DNA of 64,000 nucleotides, taken from contig JAUCBJ010002359.1 of the NCBI GenBank assembly GCA_032718475.1, positions 15,903-79,902 of the forward strand, read 5' to 3'. Both the position numbers and the translations under genes were made by a program. The stretch comes from Nemertoderma westbladi. Lineage: Eukaryota > Animalia > Xenacoelomorpha. This document shows positions 58,045 to 64,000 of the stretch, in pieces (the stretch's first letter is position 1; the number at the start of each line of letters is the position of its first letter). The notes under the pieces were generated by a model that had not been told where the DNA came from, did not search any database, and saw only the letters and a program-made list of their open reading frames with translations.

Positions 58045-60712
58045 TGATATCACAATGGAAAACGGTACAGCAGTACGGTACAGCTACCCAACATCACAGT
58101 AGGCCCGTAGGCATTAAACACACAGTTATATTATACTTCTGTACCGGTAACACCGAACAGTACAACAGTAAAACATACTGTATGGTTCAATAGTATTTAA
58201 TATAATGGCGCAACTGTTTCTTTCTGTAGTTTGTGTTCTTTCCAATTCGCACAAATCACACTTTCAAATTTTCAGGTCAGGGTGGTCAGTTTTTCTGTTT
58301 GAGTTTTGAAGTGATACTATCTGTCATCTCCCTCACCAATATCTCCATTAGTAACCCAGTCACCAGAACGTAACCACTGGGGGGGTCTTCGTCGACGAAC
58401 TGGGCGCTTCGTAGGCTCAGTATTATTCTCTGAACTCTTCAAATCATCTCTCTTTGTTGCTGCTACAACAGGAGCACTAGCTGTAGCCTCAGCTGGGCTG
58501 TGATCTGTATTGTTGTTGGTTAAGCTTGGGATGAAGTCACTATCGGAATCAGAAGACACCATAGGAGTGTCAACTTGAGGCTGTCTATCGATTGATTCAC
58601 CCGAATGTCTACTGTTATTAGCAGGAAAAATATCACACAATGGAACATCATACTTTCTGGAACCAAAAAATGAGTTATACATCTTCTGTAGAGTAGCCAT
58701 ATTATCCTTGATACTAATAATAATGAAGCGATCTCTCCCATGGAACTTATCACCATCCTGTTTGATGTACACTAGATCTCCTTGATCAACATGAGCGGCT
58801 TTTGCTTCAGGGCCACCCCGTGCCTTTGATAAGGCACTAAACTTGTGATTCTCTTGGCGTGATTTAAGTTGAGCTGATCCAAGATCTGAATCATTAAAGA
58901 ATAATTGCTTTCCTGTGATCTGATCACGCTGAAACATTATTTCCTTAGCAGAAAGGCCACAATATCGGATGCGATTATTAAGTTGATCTACCACCAAAGC
59001 CAAAGAAACAGGTGAAATTGGATTACCAGTTGGATCTTCTCGAAGGAGTTCAGTCTCTAATTCTTGGATACATTTCTCACCAACAGGATTTTTATTGATA
59101 TTCTTTACTCGTCCAAAATCCAGTTGAATACCATTGGAGTCTAAAGTCTTGTCATTACGAAGAGCGGCAAACCCAGGGCCTGAATCGAGTCGGATTAGAG
59201 CCATTGAGTAGCGCAAGGGAACTACATGCACAAGTATTGCATTCCTAAGGGAATCAGCTGTCTCATCTGGAATTATCGATGCTGCTGTGAATGAAGAATA
59301 TGTATCTCGAAGAGTAAAAATCTTCTGTTTAGATCTGCGCATCACATCCACTGTGAAAGATGAACCAGGTCCTGTAGGAGGTGGGGATGTGGATTGTTGA
59401 AACAATTCTCTTGGAACCTTCTTCAACGAACCGCATTGAGGACAATCTTCAGTTACTTGATGAATGAACTTTGTGGCAGAAATAGACCAAAAGTGGCGGT
59501 CAAAAATTCTGGCCATTTGTGACTTAACAGGGTGCTGAAAATGGATATGTAACGCTGTTAAGAATCCACATAATATTGATGAAGGGACAACAACTAAATC
59601 TCGAGTAGAAACAAAGGGGTCGGATTTCCTAACTACCAACAAACCATTAGACACAGTGGCAACACGTAAGTAATGACGGAGCTCCTTACAATTGGATTTT
59701 CGTGAGGGCCGTGTCCCTTGGGTAAGGTGAGCATAGGCTCGATGTAGGGCTGAGTCGTCATGCTGTGCTGAGCGCCAGCTTGAGGTTGTGAGGAAAGGCA
59801 TACGTGCTGTCCCAGAAAGAACATCTTGTATGCTAACTGTATAAACAACTGAGGAAGCCAAATTTTCTACAAATTGACAAATCTGACAATTGGCTGCAGG
59901 GCATTCATTAGGATGGCGCGAGTTGTAATCACTAGCTGTATTATCAGTTCCCTTGATGTGGGCAACAGAAACATTATGGGAACTCAAGGTGGAAAGAAAG
60001 GTTGATACCCGAGAGGATGCAGAGAACTGTCCTTGACACAATCTTTGGTAGGCCAACACACAAGGTCGATTATCAGAAAGGATCTGAGTTGGATTAAAGT
60101 TGGACCAAAGTGTTTCACACCTGCCGATATTGCCAGAGCCTCCAACTCGCAAGGAAGCCAGTTTAGGTGGTGTTCTCGCAGTTTAAAACTGTAGAAACCA
60201 CCAAGTAACCGCCTTGGAGGTCGATGAACATATAAAGTAGCACCAATGCCTTGATTTACAGGTGATGCATCAACCGTGATAATAAGCTGATCAGAAGGTT
60301 TCGGCACAGTGATAATACAAGGGGATCTTAAAGCTTTCTGAGATTCAGAGAAAGACTGATGTAACTCATCTGACCAAACTATATAATCTCTGCCTTGTAA
60401 TCCCTTAATGGAATCTTCTAGTGGAGATAATAGGGACGCATAGCTGGGTATACAGCGAGAAAGGTCTTTAAATGCTCCAATATAAGAACGCATAGCTGTA
60501 CATGTTTTAGGGGGAGTTGCAGAAACCAATGGAGAGATCTTATGTGCGCTGGGTGAAAGTGTTGCAGAACTCCATATCCATCCAAGAATAGTTGAGTCTT
60601 TAGGACAGATAATAGTCTTAGAGGACTTAATGCGGAGATTATTCTCCTCGAGGCGACAAAGGACAATCTCCCAGTTTTTCAGAAGGTGTTCAGATGTATC
60701 TCCACCAATATA
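58045..60712 (-). mobile_element. Gypsy LTR retrotransposon 3' part (RT C-terminus, RNase H, integrase, possible 3' LTR 58045-58326)
   Basis: ILGWIW, VDAS, WLPCELEAL, SDNRPC, H-x3-H..CPQC, VDVM, RLDSGPGF, NPVGEKCIQELE. Frameshift near 60095. Purine tract GAGGGAGA followed by TGA. Confidence 0.9.
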
Positions 60713-61641
60713 TGGTGGAGATATAATGGCGTTGGTAAATGCCACTGGTCCCATTTTCGGGTGGGTAATATAAGGGAATTGAATCCGCTTACACTTAATG
60801 AACAATTAATATATCCGATTGAAGGTCTTTGCATTGGCTTGTCGGTACTTTTGTTGTTCTGTTAACTATTTTATGTTATCGTCAATGTTCATATTTTAAT
60901 TGCGTAAATTTTAGCTGATTTGACGTCTAATAAAAAATTCCAATTCCAATTCCAGGACCCTCATGGAAACGAGACATAGTCTCATGGGGTTATCCTTGAC
61001 GGCAAATAACTACCTAATTAACTCTCAGTACATACTGGTATATTATACGCATTGTGTATTTATAATTCCTAACTCACAGACGCGGTAAATATATTAAAAA
61101 TATATACAGTACATAATATTTTAAAGTAAGACAATAAACAGTAAATAAATACAGTTTTAAAAATGTATTAAAAAGACAATGTAAACCTTTTGATTACTAA
61201 TAGATACATTTACGTTTGTATAATTATTGTGTTGTTGTTGTTGCTTTTATTTATACCTTACATATCTTATCCACTGTTTTCGTTTGTGCTAAATGTAATT
61301 ACAATAATTTTCAGTAAAATGACAATAATAATTGTGGTTGTTGCATTTATACATTTTAACTCGTATCCACTATGTTTGTTAGTCCTAAATTTTACCACAA
61401 TTATGTTGTAAATATTGTAAATAGTGTTTCCAAACTATTGAAGGTCATTTTATTTATCTATGTTTTTTCTATTTTGTACTGTTTTCAGATAAAAAACATT
61501 TTCTAGGACATGTTGAACACCATGTACTGTACATTTGTTTGTTACCGTTACCTTTTCATACTTTATATGTTATATTGTAATGATATACTTAGTGCCTGTT
61601 TTAACTGATTTAACGTCAAAGAAAAAATTCCAATTCCAATC
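60713..61641 (+). repeat. Two probable LINE 3'-end relics ending in CTGATTT.ACGTC.AA.AAAAA(ATTCCA)n
   Basis: Near-identical tail motif at ~60916-60953 and ~61605-61641. Confidence 0.4.
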
Positions 61642-61649
61642 CCTACTGT

Positions 61650-63480
61650 TAAACGAACTACCCCAGCCTAACCAATAAAGACACAAAACTGCTCTATTTA
61701 CTAGACGGGGCAATCAGGAGCGTATAATTACTAATGTAGGGTTGCAGGTACAGAAAACCACTACTTACCGTTGGATGGCGCTAATCTGCCGTCCGCTAAT
61801 ATATTTTACTAAATTTCTACGGCTCCTACTAAATTCTCGTTCCTTTCTCTACCAATTACTCGATAGAGAGCTAACTGTTCGAATATATGAGCCACGCGGG
61901 AATAACCAAAACAATAAACCCGAATCGGCTCCCTAAGCTGACTTAAAACGAGTGTGAGAGATTTGACACTCAGAGTGTATTCCTATAGCCTAATCTTACT
62001 GTAAAATTGCGCTTACAACTACGTCCTTTCTAATCGCATCTAATCGCAATACTGGGGTTCCCTAACGGAATGTGTGAATGTGAGAATATTTAAATAATCA
62101 AAAATCGGAACAGTAATTATTTCGGGACTCAAACTTATCTGCGGCTGGCTTTAGGCCAGCAATTTACTGATGCGCGTTGCGTACTGTATACTACGATGTG
62201 AATTTTGTCCGCTAATTCAAATAACCGCCCAGCGTGAATAGTGTACGGTACTCTAAAATTATTACCTTAACTACCCTCCGCTATGCAGCGTACAAATTCT
62301 TAATTTTACTAATTAATTACAGTCACAAATATGTAACGGCGTACTAATTACTAAGTATTCCAGAGTGCGTAATTCTAAATTATTACGCAATGGGTCACAC
62401 TAGCAACAGCCTAAAATACCGTATTATTTTCGACCTAATCAGAAATTAATTACAGTAAACTAAGAAATAGAAATCAATCAAAGGGAAAAGAGCGTCTATC
62501 CAAGCATTCGTGATTTATTAGGCACACTTTAGTGATACACCAATCAGCATAACAATCCATAGTTTATACTTACCAATTTAATTCTTAACGCACAATTCAC
62601 AATCAGCAGTCAAACAACAATCGCAATCTACAGTTGAGCTAGCAATTCACAACTCGCAATTCGCAACGTAAAGGACGCAGATCTCTCCCGGCTACGTCTA
62701 GGCTTCCTAACTAACCCAATTCCTGTCCCCCTAATACTACAAAAATAGAGACAAAACCTGGATCATCAGCCCCTAATTACTGCGCCGGCGTACCTGATCC
62801 ACTCTACGCTGCAAACTTGCGCGCGCAATAGTAATCCCCCCAATGTTGCTTGTCTTTGAATCCTCTGCACTCCCGTCGTCGCTAACCCCCCAATGCGCCC
62901 GCCGCGCTTACCGGTACCCTAGCCCTCCATCAGAATGAGTAGCTACCGTAGCGGCACATGCAAATCACAAAAGTCTGACAGTCTAAGAAATCCCGTAGGA
63001 TTATTGTCGAAAGGAATCACATAGAACCATTTACTAAGGGGTAGAAATCATAGTTCCAATTTGTAATTAACAGCGATCATTGAGATTGATTGAGAAACAC
63101 AAATAAGAATCAAACAGAAATTGCAAATTAACGAATCATTGCAAGAAAATCAAAAGGGCAGTAATTTACACAGAAAAACTAAGCATCGAATAATAGTTGA
63201 AGGTGAGCTGTGTGGGGTGTGGTGGATGACTAAGGATGTGTGGAAGTGGAATGTAGAATTGAGATAGGTAACAATGGAAGTAGGCCAATTTATAGGTGAT
63301 TTGAGAAGGGTGATGCAATCGATCTCTCATTGGCTCCCCAATCCGAGCTAACATTAGACCAACCTGGAAGCAGTTAAGCCAATAAGAGAGCCGGATTGTG
63401 AACCTATTGCTCCCTGAAATCGTAAATTGCCACCATAAAAGGTAATTTTCCCGATGCTTAATTTGGCGGTACTAATAATA
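61650..63480 (-). mobile_element. Possible degraded 5' end (LTR plus leader/gag) of another LTR element
   Basis: Minus-strand CCTATAAA box near 63295 and an ..ACA|ATAATCC junction near 63005 resembling that at 47291. No intact ORF. Confidence 0.25.
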
Positions 63481-63745
63481 TCATGCACAAATATAAATTT
63501 AGCGCAATTATAGAGAAATTAAAACCAGTAGCTAGCCTCATCAAGGCTAATAACGGCAAGCCCATATCCAGGGTCCAACAAGGACTTGCTACCCTGGAAC
63601 TATCTACTTATATCCTATTACAAAACTACATAGGTAGGGCTACATACTATACAAAATGGATGAGTTCAAAATATATGGGCATTTCAATTTCCTTACCTAA
63701 ATATCATTGCGCGTTATGCCTTATCTAAATAATTATACTGCATCA

Positions 63746-63838
63746 CGGACTAATATATGATACTATATAATGGACTAATATATTATACTGTATAATGGAC
63801 TAACATATTATACTGTATAACGGACTAATGTATTACAT
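63746..63838. repeat. 25-bp minisatellite (~3.5 copies) TGGACTAATATATTATACTGTATAA
   Basis: Directly visible. Confidence 0.85.
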
Positions 63839-64000
63839 AATGTAAGTACAGCGCCATTTACCGTAACACCGCTCCAAGGGAAATCATGCAATGTTTCCCT
63901 CCAATTGTAGAAGAGTGTAAGGCGATGTATACAAAATAAAATAAATCTCCTTCAAATAATCTAAATATCTTGATACTATACTATTTACAAATATTGCCAT

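Noticed and set aside
61489-61610. Alternative KChIP last exon after ttttcag/ttttctag
   Set aside because: Translations show no resemblance to the KChIP C-terminus and lie in a probable LINE tail relic.

Overview
Eukaryotic (animal-like) heterochromatic window made almost entirely of satellites and nested mobile elements. A ~10 kb 33-bp satellite (1-10085) is interrupted by a 5'-truncated CRE-like RLE retrotransposon. It is followed by an EF-hand exon of a KChIP/neuronal-calcium-sensor-like host gene and by RTE-like LINE fragments. The centrepiece is a structurally complete 18.6 kb Polinton/Maverick endogenous virus (15151-33707) with AGTAGT termini, 386-bp TIRs and a GTCGCC target-site duplication, inserted into the LINE endonuclease. 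It encodes pPolB, integrase, packaging ATPase, major capsid protein, protease, two tandem penton-like genes, basic core proteins with protease-site-linked amphipathic peptides, a RING protein and a PC4-like protein. It also carries a head-to-tail Helitron dimer with CTCF-like motifs. Next come a 12.9 kb 50-bp satellite, two related BEL/Pao LTR elements arranged tail-to-tail, a LINE with an in-frame endonuclease duplication, and a Gypsy pol fragment. All family calls come from motif recognition by eye; no database searches were run.
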